Origin: Lachnospiraceae bacterium | GTDB taxonomy: Bacteria; Bacillota; Clostridia; Lachnospirales; Lachnospiraceae | Direction: 5' to 3' | Assembly (NCBI GenBank): GCA_017463255.1 | Contig: JAFTPP010000015.1 | Span: forward strand, 8,803 to 72,802 | Length of the DNA: 64,000 nt | In this document: piece by piece, positions 42,992 to 51,986 of the stretch | How the letters are laid out: every line of letters begins with the position of its first letter | Numbering within the stretch: position 1 is the first letter of the stretch | Translations under genes and position numbers: made by a program | The notes under the pieces: model-generated | What the model was told of the DNA's origin: nothing | The model's input: only the letters and a program-made list of their open reading frames with translations | The model's database searches: none

Positions 42992-44083
42992 TTATGAAAC
43001 ATCTGCACTTATTTCTTTTCTTTTTTTTCTACGGACACGATTGATATGACGCTCAAAATCTCCGTTATTGATAAGCTCAGTGAGAACGTATTGAGTAAAA
43101 GAGGGTACTGCGCAGGAATAAAACCCCAGTCTTTGACGGAATTGTTCTACCAAATGCAGGGGCAATACCATATATCCAACTCGTAAGGAGGAGGAAATGG
43201 TTTTGGAAAAAGTATTTAAGTATATTACATTATCCCGGTTGGAAATTGCAAATAAAGTCTCTGTGGGTTTGGTAGAAACAGAAAATTCTGATTCAAAGTC
43301 ATCTTCAATAATGTAACGGTTGCCTTGTTTGGACCAATGGATGTATTCATGCCGCTTGGATGCACTGGCTGTAACACCACTGGGGTAACTGCGATAAGGG
43401 GTTGTATGCAAAACAGTTGCCTTGGTATCAGAAAGAAAATTACTGTCAATTCCTTCGGTGGTTAACGGGAGAGAATCGTAAGTAATCCCGGTTGCCTGGT
43501 ATACCTGTTCTATTTTGTTATAGGAAGGTGATTCAATGGCATAAATAAGATCCCTACCCAGTAAATCTATAATCAACCGGTAGAGATACTCGGAACCTGC
43601 ACCAATCACAATTTGTTCTACACTGACAGTAAGCCCCCTGTTTCTGGTAAGATAGTGACGGATTGCCTCACGAAGCTCAATGCATCCGAAATTTGGTGAT
43701 TTATCAAGTAAGACATCGTTGTACTCAGATAAAACCTTGCGGACGGTTTTACTAAATACGGATACCGGAAAGTCGGGGTATGCATGAGCATTATGATGCA
43801 AGGGTTCTTTGGAATGCAGGGTGTCTGAAACGGCAAACCCATCGGCTTTTCTAAAGATAACGATAAAGCCGCTGCGTTCCTTGGACTCTATATATCCTTC
43901 GTCACAAAGCAGGGCATATGCATGCTCAACGGTAATAACACTGACACCGGTTTCTTCTGCAAGGCTACGCTTGGACGGGAGTTTGGTATGGTATCTAAAG
44001 TTTCCGTTAACGATATCTTCCCGCAGCTGTTCGTAGAGTTGCAGGTACATTGGACGATTATTATTATCAAGTCTATATTTCAT
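42992..44083 (-). CDS. MocR/PdxR-like GntR-family regulator with C-terminally short aminotransferase-like domain
   Basis: wHTH LPSKRSLAEETGVSVITVEHAY. AAT-fold region with TFSKTISSSLRVGY (PLP-Lys). Only ~68 aa follow the Lys. Divergent from pdxK. Confidence 0.75.
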   Translation of the reverse strand: MKYRLDNNNRPMYLQLYEQLREDIVNGNFRYHTKLPSKRSLAEETGVSVITVEHAYALLCDEGYIESKERSGFIVIFRKADGFAVSDTLHSKEPLHHNAHAYPDFPVSVFSKTVRKVLSEYNDVLLDKSPNFGCIELREAIRHYLTRNRGLTVSVEQIVIGAGSEYLYRLIIDLLGRDLIYAIESPSYNKIEQVYQATGITYDSLPLTTEGIDSNFLSDTKATVLHTTPYRSYPSGVTASASKRHEYIHWSKQGNRYIIEDDFESEFSVSTKPTETLFAISNRDNVIYLNTFSKTISSSLRVGYMVLPLHLVEQFRQRLGFYSCAVPSFTQYVLTELINNGDFERHINRVRRKKRKEISADVS

Positions 44084-44200
44084 CTGGTTATATAAAATAC
44101 TCCTTATTTGGTAATAGTTATATGGTCAGATTAAATATAAACTATCTGATATGAAATGTAAAGAAATATAAAAAAGTAAATGAATATAAGGAGACTAACT

Positions 44201-45034
44201 ATGGCAAATCAGAAAATACTTACGATTCAGGATATATCATGTGTGGGACAGTGCTCACTTACAGTAGCTCTTCCGGTTATTTCAGCCTGTGGTATTGAAA
44301 CCTGTGTGCTTCCTTCGGCAGTTTTATCTACCCATACAGGTGGCTTTTCAGGGTATACTTTCAGGGATTTAACAGAGGATATGCCGGGGATTAATGAACA
44401 TTGGAAAAAAGAAAACATTAAGTTTGGGGCAATTTATACAGGATATCTTGGAAGTACAAAACAGATTGACTATGTGAAGACAATTTTCAAGGAAGCAGCA
44501 GATACAGAATGTCTCAAAGTGGTAGACCCTGCAATGGCCGATAATGGTAAATTATATGCAGGATTTGATGAAGTATTTGTAGAAGCCATGAAGGGGCTTT
44601 GTTCTACGGCTGATTATCTTCTTCCTAATATTACAGAAGCTTGTCTGGTGACAGGAGTAGAGTATAAAGCAGAGTATGACAGAGCATATGTTGATTTGAT
44701 ATTAGCTAAATTACAGGAATTAGGTTGCAAGAATATTATACTTACGGGAATCTCTTATTCAGAGGGAAGAACCGGGGTGGTTGTCTTTGAAAACGGCAAA
44801 TATTCTTACTATGAACATGAAAAGGTAGCTAAAGGATGCCACGGAACCGGTGACATCTATGCTTCAGCATTTGTGGGAGCACTTATGAGAGGAAAGAGTG
44901 CATATGATGCAGCAAAGATTGCAGCGGATTATGTTGTGTTGTGTATTAAAGAAACGCAAAAAGAAGAGAATCATTGGTACGGCGCAAGATTTGAACCTGT
45001 ACTTGGTAAGTTAATTGAGATGTTAGAACAATAA
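44201..45034 (+). CDS. pdxK: pyridoxal/pyridoxamine kinase
   Basis: ILTIQDISCVGQCS N-terminus, YTGYLGS, and the ribokinase-family C-terminal GTGDIYASAF motif. AAGGAG RBS before the ATG at 44201. Confidence 0.85.
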   Translation: MANQKILTIQDISCVGQCSLTVALPVISACGIETCVLPSAVLSTHTGGFSGYTFRDLTEDMPGINEHWKKENIKFGAIYTGYLGSTKQIDYVKTIFKEAADTECLKVVDPAMADNGKLYAGFDEVFVEAMKGLCSTADYLLPNITEACLVTGVEYKAEYDRAYVDLILAKLQELGCKNIILTGISYSEGRTGVVVFENGKYSYYEHEKVAKGCHGTGDIYASAFVGALMRGKSAYDAAKIAADYVVLCIKETQKEENHWYGARFEPVLGKLIEMLEQ

Positions 45035-45181
45035 TGATTATAAGCGAAAAGACCATGTGTTAGATACGAGCACATGGTCTTTTTCATAGAATCTTAAGAA
45101 AATTATAAAGAAACATTAAAAACATAATGCGGTAAATCTGCTAAAATTATTTTTATAAATAAATTCAGGGGATGACAGAGG

Positions 45182-45838
45182 ATGAAAAAAGTAATGTTTG
45201 TATTTTTTTGCATTGTGTTTATAGGCGTATTGGTGCTATCGGGGATAAATCTGTATGTTAAAAAAAGTGGGAAAGGAAGGTTTATTAACGTATCGCAGGC
45301 CTGCAAACTGGAAGATATAGATTGCATACTGGTTTTGGGGTGCGGCGTGAAAGATCATAAGCCAAGCCTTATGCTTAGAGACCGTCTGGAAAAAGGTGTT
45401 GAATTATATAGTGTTGGAGCGTCTTCAAAGCTTTTAATGAGTGGTGACCATGGAAGAGAAGATTACAATGAAGTACAGGTAATGAAGCAATATGCCATAG
45501 ATGCAGGCATTGACTCCTCAGATATTTTTATGGATCATGCGGGTTTTTCTACTTATGAAAGCATATATCGAGCCAAAGAAATCTTTGATGCTGATAGGAT
45601 TATTATCGTATCACAGGAATATCATCTGTATCGGGCATTATACATCGCAGAGAGATTAGGTATAGAAGCATACGGAGTTCCTGCTGAGGACGTTGATTAT
45701 GCAGGACAGACGATGAGGGAATTGCGGGAAATTTTGGCAAGGATAAAAGATTTTATGACCACCATATTTAAGCCGGAACCAACTTATTTAGGGGATGTAA
45801 TACCGGTAAGCGGAGATGGTAATGTGACAAATGATTAA
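45182..45838 (+). CDS. SanA/YdcF (DUF218) family protein
   Basis: N-terminal TM helix, then ILVLGCGV ... LLMSGDHG ... VSQEYHLYRALY. Confidence 0.75.
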   Translation: MKKVMFVFFCIVFIGVLVLSGINLYVKKSGKGRFINVSQACKLEDIDCILVLGCGVKDHKPSLMLRDRLEKGVELYSVGASSKLLMSGDHGREDYNEVQVMKQYAIDAGIDSSDIFMDHAGFSTYESIYRAKEIFDADRIIIVSQEYHLYRALYIAERLGIEAYGVPAEDVDYAGQTMRELREILARIKDFMTTIFKPEPTYLGDVIPVSGDGNVTND

Positions 45839-45845
45839 GAAACGT

Positions 45846-45875
45846 GAAAGCGTAGCCAGTTGCTACGCTTTCTTT
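45846..45875. terminator. bidirectional terminator between sanA-like and GH51 genes
   Basis: gaaagcgtagc-cagtt-gctacgctttc stem followed by tttg. Confidence 0.65.
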
Positions 45876-45881
45876 GAATAT

Positions 45882-48551
45882 CTACTGTATATGTGGAATC
45901 CTTAAAATGGTTACGGAGTATTTAGGTACAGTATAGGTAAACGCTTCGTTAATAGGAGTGCTGCTTTCTATAGGAGTAATCAGATTTGGATTTTCCCAAG
46001 AATTTGCATCGCTCATTTCATTACCGGAAAGTGTTGTTACGATGGCAGAGGAGCTAAAGCTACTTGCGTTAAAATTATTAAGTGTAATATTAATGTCTGT
46101 ACTGTATGCTGTAGGGTTTACAAATTTTAAAATGATGTCTCCGTTTGCATCAACACATGCAGTTTCATATAAAGAGTTAGGAGTTTCAATGGTGTAATCT
46201 ACATATACGGCTCCGTCAATGTAACACTTGATACGGTTGCCGCTTACTATGACTTTTAACTCGTAATCGTGATTCTTTTTTAACGACATGTTTCTGACGG
46301 TACCTGTTACCTGGTCGCTTTTGGAACCGTTTTCAACAATCTGCAGGCAGGATACGGTATTTCCCCAACCACCAATGTTCCAAAAGATATTATTGTCGGT
46401 ATCTTTTACACAGATAGGGATTAGGAATCCTTCTTGACCGGAAAGAATCTTGGCGTTTACGGTAAGAGTGTAATCCGTCCATGAGGTATCACCAACGTAG
46501 ATAGCGTCTCCGGTGTTTGTATCGTAAGGAGCGCCGGTGTTGTCCTGAATAAGTCTGCCATCTTTGATATACCAGTCACCTTCATGTTCTGTCCAGTTAT
46601 CTTCTTTTATGGTTGCATCAGAAGAAAAGTCTGTTTCATATAATACTTCATTCGTTTCGTTATCTGTAACCTTTAGATTATCATAGGAAACAGATGTCAT
46701 CCAACTTCCGAGACCTACCTTACCGGTAAGATTGGTTTCACTTTCCGGAAGTTCATTTATTTCAAGGGTTGATTCTAAAGTATTGGTTCCCACGTTGTTG
46801 GCAAACATGTGTTGAACGTAGTAATTTGCTGTAAGTAATGCGGAATCATTGGAAAAGAATATCATATCAGGTGTCCACTGATTTAAGGTTTTATTACCAA
46901 ACAGTGGGGCATAGCAAGCCATTTTAATAATATCAGCATTCCGTTCAATTCCTGTCATATAGGAAGCTTCTGCAAGGGCTGCCCTCATGGTGTTGGATTT
47001 TGCGGCGTATTCCCCTAAGAATACTGCGGCTTGTCCGTTGCGGTCGTAGTTATCATATCTTGTGTTATTGGTAAAGTACCATTCGGGAGTCTGATAATAA
47101 TGTTCATCCACCAAAGTGGTAATGCCATCATCACAATCTTCCATATATTCCCAACCCTCTGTGCTGCTTGAAGCAGTACCGTTAGCTACGATAAGTTCAA
47201 TTTCACCGTAGAGTTCCGGTTTTTCCTTAGCAGCATTTAAGAATGCATCTACAAAAGCATCATAATGAGTGTGGTATTCATGTTGCCATTGTTCATTTCC
47301 GATGGCTACATATTTTAAGGCAAAAGGTTCTTCATGTCCCATGGCAATTCGGACAGAGCCCCAATAGGTACTTTCATCCCCGAGACAGAATTCCACTAAA
47401 TCAAGAGCATCCTGTACACATTGTTTAAATTCATCACTGTCTAATGAATGTACAATGTATTTGGGACTTTGGATTTCACAAGTCATACCTGCATTTAGTA
47501 CCGGAACAGGAAGGCAATCAAGGGCTTCACAAAGTAAAAAATATTCATAAAAGCCGATTCCGTATGTTGTGTAATAGGGGTGGGCATTGTTACCGCGCCA
47601 AATATCTTCTCCTTGCGGACGCACGGCTACATCACCAACGGTTAATTCACCGTTTATTTCAAATTCCATGGCATTTCCGATGGAATCCTTCCAGCTATAC
47701 ATAGTGTCAAGACTTCTTCCTTCAATAACGCAACCACCCGGGAAACGTATGAAAGAAGGGCTTAGTGCTGCTAAGTGCTCTACCAAGTCCTTGCGGAAGG
47801 GCAGTCCTTTGTAAGTATCTGTTGGCATCATGGATATCATGTCCAGACAAACAGAACCGTTTTCTATTTCTACATATAAAATCAAATCATTATTTATGGT
47901 GTCAACTGCTGTAAGTGTGGTTTCAAATTTAAGCCATTGGTCAGTGATGCCGTTAATAATGCTTTCGCCATATGTATTGTTGTCAGAGTCCCTAAGAGAA
48001 ACACGGATATCACCGTTATAGCCGCTTGTGGTTTTGGCGTAAAGTGAGATGGTATACGTAGCGTCTTTGGAGACTGAAAGACCATCCAGATATCCCATGT
48101 TACCGATTCCTGCATAAGTATCACCGCTATTTTCAAGGATGGCATAGTGAGTATTTGCGGTATTTAAATGGCTGCCGTCTACGGAGCCGTCTGTAACAGA
48201 AAAAACGATGGAGTCAGAGTTACTCTTTTTCCAACCGTGGCGGTTAGAGTTACTTGCCTCTGAACCGTACTCAAAGGAACGGTTTTTGATTAATTCCGCG
48301 TAAAGTCCACCATCTACTGCAAAGTTAATGTCTTCTAAGAAAAGACCATAGAGAATGTCCGATATTTCTGAGTCCTTTGCAAGGGATGAGGTATCAGTGT
48401 TTACTGTGTATGTAGCGGTGGCATGCATACCTGTGCTGGAACTATTGGTAGTGTCCGGGTTTGACGTATTTTCATTTTTGGCACCACAGGCTGATAATAT
48501 GCATGCAAGTAAGCAGGTACATAGGAAAGCTTTGAGGGATGAATGTTTCAT
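45882..48551 (-). CDS. multidomain alpha-L-arabinofuranosidase-like lipoprotein (CBM4/9-like N-domain, GH51-like core, C-terminal DUF1080/LamG-like domain)
   Basis: Lipobox LSAC. LIKNRSFE (CBM/GH51 N-terminal style). IRFPGGC and VAIGNEQW catalytic-region motifs. C-terminal WTEHEGDWYIKDGRLIQ. The family call is by eye. Confidence 0.7.
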   Translation of the reverse strand: MKHSSLKAFLCTCLLACILSACGAKNENTSNPDTTNSSSTGMHATATYTVNTDTSSLAKDSEISDILYGLFLEDINFAVDGGLYAELIKNRSFEYGSEASNSNRHGWKKSNSDSIVFSVTDGSVDGSHLNTANTHYAILENSGDTYAGIGNMGYLDGLSVSKDATYTISLYAKTTSGYNGDIRVSLRDSDNNTYGESIINGITDQWLKFETTLTAVDTINNDLILYVEIENGSVCLDMISMMPTDTYKGLPFRKDLVEHLAALSPSFIRFPGGCVIEGRSLDTMYSWKDSIGNAMEFEINGELTVGDVAVRPQGEDIWRGNNAHPYYTTYGIGFYEYFLLCEALDCLPVPVLNAGMTCEIQSPKYIVHSLDSDEFKQCVQDALDLVEFCLGDESTYWGSVRIAMGHEEPFALKYVAIGNEQWQHEYHTHYDAFVDAFLNAAKEKPELYGEIELIVANGTASSSTEGWEYMEDCDDGITTLVDEHYYQTPEWYFTNNTRYDNYDRNGQAAVFLGEYAAKSNTMRAALAEASYMTGIERNADIIKMACYAPLFGNKTLNQWTPDMIFFSNDSALLTANYYVQHMFANNVGTNTLESTLEINELPESETNLTGKVGLGSWMTSVSYDNLKVTDNETNEVLYETDFSSDATIKEDNWTEHEGDWYIKDGRLIQDNTGAPYDTNTGDAIYVGDTSWTDYTLTVNAKILSGQEGFLIPICVKDTDNNIFWNIGGWGNTVSCLQIVENGSKSDQVTGTVRNMSLKKNHDYELKVIVSGNRIKCYIDGAVYVDYTIETPNSLYETACVDANGDIILKFVNPTAYSTDINITLNNFNASSFSSSAIVTTLSGNEMSDANSWENPNLITPIESSTPINEAFTYTVPKYSVTILRIPHIQ

Positions 48552-48716
48552 TATATTGAATCCTTCTTTCTGCTGATATTATTGTTTTATATTATAAATT
48601 TAAAACCGGGGTGAGTCAATGTTTGGGCGGGTGCATGGGTTTTTCTAATAGATAGTGCGTTTTATAAAATAAAACAATATGTTTATTTTGAAATAAATAT
48701 ATTTTTTTACTTGTGA

Positions 48717-48767
48717 AGTGTTGAAAAAAATATACTTTTATTCGCGCAGAGTGTTGAAAAAAATATA
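48717..48767 (+). repeat. two perfect 18-nt direct repeats (agtgttgaaaaaaatata) upstream of the first DUF4143 ATPase gene; the second contains a promoter-like -35
   Basis: Copies at 48717-48734 and 48750-48767. TTGAAA at 48754-48759, 16-nt spacer, then TGATAAAAT (extended -10) at 48773-48781. Confidence 0.6.
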
Positions 48768-48833
48768 TTTTTTGATAAAATGAATAAAAAGAAGTATGAT
48801 CATCAGAATATCAGTAGATGGAAGGTGAAGATA

Positions 48834-50171
48834 ATGTTTAAAAGAAAAGTATACGAAGAATTACTGGCATGGAAAAAAGAATGGGACGGAAAATATGCAT
48901 GTTTGCTTGAAGGGGCAAGACGTGTAGGAAAGACAACTATCGCAGAGGAATTTGCCCGAAATGAATATGATTCTTATATACTGATTGATTTTTCGAATGC
49001 CAGTAAGGAAATGCTGGATATATTTGAAGACATTTCTAAGCTTGACCGTTTCTTTTTAAGATTGCAGATGGAAGCCGGTGTAGAACTTTATGAAAGAAAA
49101 TCAGTAATTATATTTGATGAGATTCAGTTGTTTCCAAAGGCGAGGCAGGCAATCAAACATCTTGTGAAGGATGGCAGATATGATTATATTGAAACCGGTT
49201 CTTTGATATCTATAAAGAAAAATGTAAAGAATATATTGATTCCGTCTGAAGAGCATAAAATTCATGTGTATCCAATGGATTATGAGGAGTTTTTATGGGC
49301 TACGGGAGGAAATCCCAATGTTCTGGATATGGCGTATAAGAGCAATATGGAACTTGGCAACGCTGCGAATCGTAATGCCATGAGAGATTTTCGGATTTAT
49401 ATGGCTGTGGGAGGAATGCCCCAGGCAGTAGAATGCTATATTTCCACAAATAGTTTTGAGTCTGTGGATAAAGTGAAGCGCGAAATACTGGAACTGTATT
49501 ATGATGATCTGAAAAAGATTGATGCATCAGGCAGAATAACAGATATGTATAAATCTGTTCCTTGCCAGCTTGCAGCAAAGAAGAAACATTATGCGATTAC
49601 TACAGCTACCGGAAAACAAAAAACAAGAAAAGATGAGGAACGTCTTTTTGAATTAATTGAATCAGGACTGGTATTACCTTGTTATAATGTGTTAAATCCA
49701 AGTGTTTCATTAGCACAGACAAAGGATATGAACTGTTTTAAGCTGTATTTGTCAGATATAGGTCTTTTTACTACGATGCTTTTTAATGATGCGCAAAATG
49801 GCGTAGAAGACATTTATAAGAAATTGTTGAGTGATACATTAACGGCAGATTTAGGATATTTGTACGAAAATGTAGTGGCGCAAGCGATAAAGGCCAGTGG
49901 AAGAGATTTGTATTATCACACATGGAGAAAAGAGGGAAGCACGCATTCATTTGAAATAGATTTCCTTATCACTTCCAAGAATAAGGTGGTACCAATAGAA
50001 GTAAAATCTGCGGCAATCAATAATCATAAATCAATTGACAACTTTGAAGTCAAATATTCAAAGCAGGTGGGAGAACGTTTCCTTTTGTCTCAAAAAGATG
50101 TGGGAAAAAACGGTTCATTGAAATTGAAACCGATATATATGATTTTGTTTTTACTAAAAGACTTGCAATAA
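48834..50171 (+). CDS. AAA-family ATPase with C-terminal DUF4143-type domain
   Basis: Walker A GARRVGKTT and Walker B IIFDEIQ. The C-terminal half resembles the DUF4143 architecture. Confidence 0.75.
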   Translation: MFKRKVYEELLAWKKEWDGKYACLLEGARRVGKTTIAEEFARNEYDSYILIDFSNASKEMLDIFEDISKLDRFFLRLQMEAGVELYERKSVIIFDEIQLFPKARQAIKHLVKDGRYDYIETGSLISIKKNVKNILIPSEEHKIHVYPMDYEEFLWATGGNPNVLDMAYKSNMELGNAANRNAMRDFRIYMAVGGMPQAVECYISTNSFESVDKVKREILELYYDDLKKIDASGRITDMYKSVPCQLAAKKKHYAITTATGKQKTRKDEERLFELIESGLVLPCYNVLNPSVSLAQTKDMNCFKLYLSDIGLFTTMLFNDAQNGVEDIYKKLLSDTLTADLGYLYENVVAQAIKASGRDLYYHTWRKEGSTHSFEIDFLITSKNKVVPIEVKSAAINNHKSIDNFEVKYSKQVGERFLLSQKDVGKNGSLKLKPIYMILFLLKDLQ

Positions 50172-50279
50172 CTGATGGAGAAAGTACGCAAGATAATACG
50201 CAAGATGACAATTCCTGACAAGCCAAATAGTAGAAACCAGAGATATGTAAAAGAGTAAAATTGGCAGGTGCATGGGGTT

Positions 50280-50315
50280 TTTCGAAAGTATAAAAATTTT
50301 AAAGTTTCGAAAGTG
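50280..50315 (+). promoter_or_regulatory. 36-nt element with two TTTCGAAA palindromic boxes 25 nt apart (third copy of the 61.5-kb repeat)
   Basis: tttcgaaagtataaaaattttaaagtttcgaaagtg is 31/36 identical to 61582-61617. It overlaps a putative -35, with TATACT at 50328-50333. Confidence 0.55.
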
Positions 50316-50364
50316 GCAGGAAATGCCGTATACTATATGTAGAGAATTAAGTGGAGGTGGTATC

Positions 50365-50724
50365 ATGGAAGTAAGAGAATTACGTTTACAAACAGGATTA
50401 AGCCAGAGTAAATTTGCTAAAATGTTTGATGTTCCGGTTTCTACTTTGAAAGACTGGGAACAGGAAAGAAGAAATCCTCCGGCATACGTTGTTAATATGA
50501 TGAGAACTATTTTGCAATATAAGGGGATGCTTATGAGCCAAAGTTATGTGGAAGCATGTGAAGCGAGAAGAAAGAGCGTGGAAAATGCTATGGCTATTAT
50601 GCTAAGTGCTACAAATGGTCCGGATGAATTGTTTTTAGAGGTTTTGAATTCCTATATTCTTGGGGAAATAACACTGGAAGAAATGGAAGATAGAATTGAA
50701 CGATTTGAGTATTTGGGAGCGTAA
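50365..50724 (+). CDS. XRE-type HTH protein fused to a VbhA-like (Fic antitoxin) C-terminal domain
   Basis: HTH LRLQTGLSQSKFAKMFDVPVSTLKDWEQ. The C-terminal ...NAMAIMLSATNGPDE...ILGEITLEEMEDRIERF resembles VbhA-family antitoxins in length and spacing. GGAGGTGG RBS. Stop lies 3 nt before the Fic ATG. Confidence 0.65.
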   Translation: MEVRELRLQTGLSQSKFAKMFDVPVSTLKDWEQERRNPPAYVVNMMRTILQYKGMLMSQSYVEACEARRKSVENAMAIMLSATNGPDELFLEVLNSYILGEITLEEMEDRIERFEYLGA

Positions 50725-50727
50725 TAT

Positions 50728-51437
50728 ATGAGTGGTGGAAAGAATTGTTACCCGGAAAGTGATGTCCTTATTAATAAATATAACATTCGCGAAAAGGAAC
50801 TTTTGGAAAAGTTTGAAATACAGAAAGTATTTGCAAAACTGTTAGGCTTGGATGTGAAGCCGACAAGGATTGCCTATACTTATGATGTGGGCACATGGTA
50901 AACGTTCATAAGTATTTGTTCGGGGATATTTATGAATGGGCAGGAACATTCCGAAAAGAGAATTTGTACAAGAGTGAGCGTGTTTTGTCCGGTGGTTTTG
51001 CAGAGTATGCGGACTACCATGAGATTGAGACGCGATTAGAAAGGTTGCTGCAAGAACACGCAAACATTGATTGGAGAAAGAATGCGAAGTGTGGAGAGGT
51101 AGTTTCGGATTTTTTGTTGGAATTATGGACTATCCATCCTTTTAGAGAAGGAAATACCAGAACCTGTATCACATTTCTGTGGCATTATTTAAAGGGTAAA
51201 GGTGTAGAGTTTCAAGTGGCTTTACTTAGGAATAACCCAATGTATGTGAGAGATGCGTTGGTTATGGCAAATTATGACCAGAAAGAGTACTTGAGACGGA
51301 TTATAGCAGATGCATTACAGGGAGAAACACAGGAGTCTGAATATTTAATGAATGAGGAGCAGGCAGGAGAGCAATATAAAATTGCGCAAGCAGATTATGA
51401 AGCGTTTAGAGAAAAGTATTCGATAAAGAAGGACTAA
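50728..51437 (+). pseudogene. Fic/DOC family protein, split by a -1 frameshift at a GGG run (50889-50891)
   Basis: Frame 1 reads MSGGKNCYPESDVLINKYNI...TYDVGTW*, stopping at 50899-50901. Frame 0 continues ...HMVNVHKYLFGDIYEWAGTFR...HPFREGNTRT. Adding one G gives a continuous 236-aa Fic-like ORF. Confidence 0.8.
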
Positions 51438-51541
51438 TGAATGAAGATAGTTTCTGCTATCTTTCCTCATTGAAAAACAACAGAATCTATGATAGGATGT
51501 TTTAGAGAAATGAAGCGATATAAAGCGCAGGAGGATATACA

Positions 51542-51586
51542 ATGGAAGCATACAAGCAGGAATTTATAGAATTTATGCCTGCCTGA
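51542..51586 (+). pseudogene. 14-codon fragment resembling the 5' end of orotate phosphoribosyltransferase (pyrE), with intact RBS
   Basis: AGGAGGA at 51529-51535, then ATG...MEAYKQEFIEFMPA*. YKQEFIEF matches the conserved PyrE N-terminus (E. coli MKPYQRQFIEFAL). Recognised from memory only. Confidence 0.5.
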
Positions 51587-51849
51587 TTTTCAGACTTCCT
51601 GAAATGCCGAAAAACCCAGTGCTTTCAAGGGTTTGCGGACTTTTGCCAAAAAGACAGATGTATCATATTTTATCGCAAATTGGTGTAATTTCACACCGAA
51701 ATGGTGTAGTAGATTGTAGCTGGTTTGGGGACGGAGACGTCAAATATCATAAAGAAAAAAGTGTAGAGACCCATGTGCTTGCCGGGAGGCGGGCGCATGG
51801 GTTTTTAGCTAGATTATATCTTGATTAGAACCATTTAACGTAATTTGAA

Positions 51850-51878
51850 TTGAGAAAGAAGAGTTTGTTTGATATAAT
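51850..51878 (+). promoter_or_regulatory. promoter-like sequence upstream of the NB-ARC/TPR gene
   Basis: TTGAGA at 51850-51855, 17-nt spacer, then TG-extended TATAAT at 51873-51878. Confidence 0.45.
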
Positions 51879-51986
51879 TTTTTATATTCTACAAATCACC
51901 AATGAAATTGTGGCTTGAGGAAATGAAACATTATCTAAGAAAGAAAACAAAGGATTGAAATGAAATATTGGAAAGGAGATACGGTC

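Noticed and set aside
44084-44200. Possible PdxR operator (TTGGTAA ... ATGGTCA direct half-sites) in the pdxR-pdxK intergenic region
   Set aside because: The half-sites are short and degenerate. I cannot recall a precise consensus to compare them with, so the evidence is insufficient.
51604-51828. 74-aa ORF between the pyrE fragment and the STAND gene
   Set aside because: It has no RBS and spans hairpin and repeat sequences, including the GGCGGGCGCATGGGTTTTT motif. Its composition is unlike neighbouring genes. I treat the region as non-coding scar DNA.
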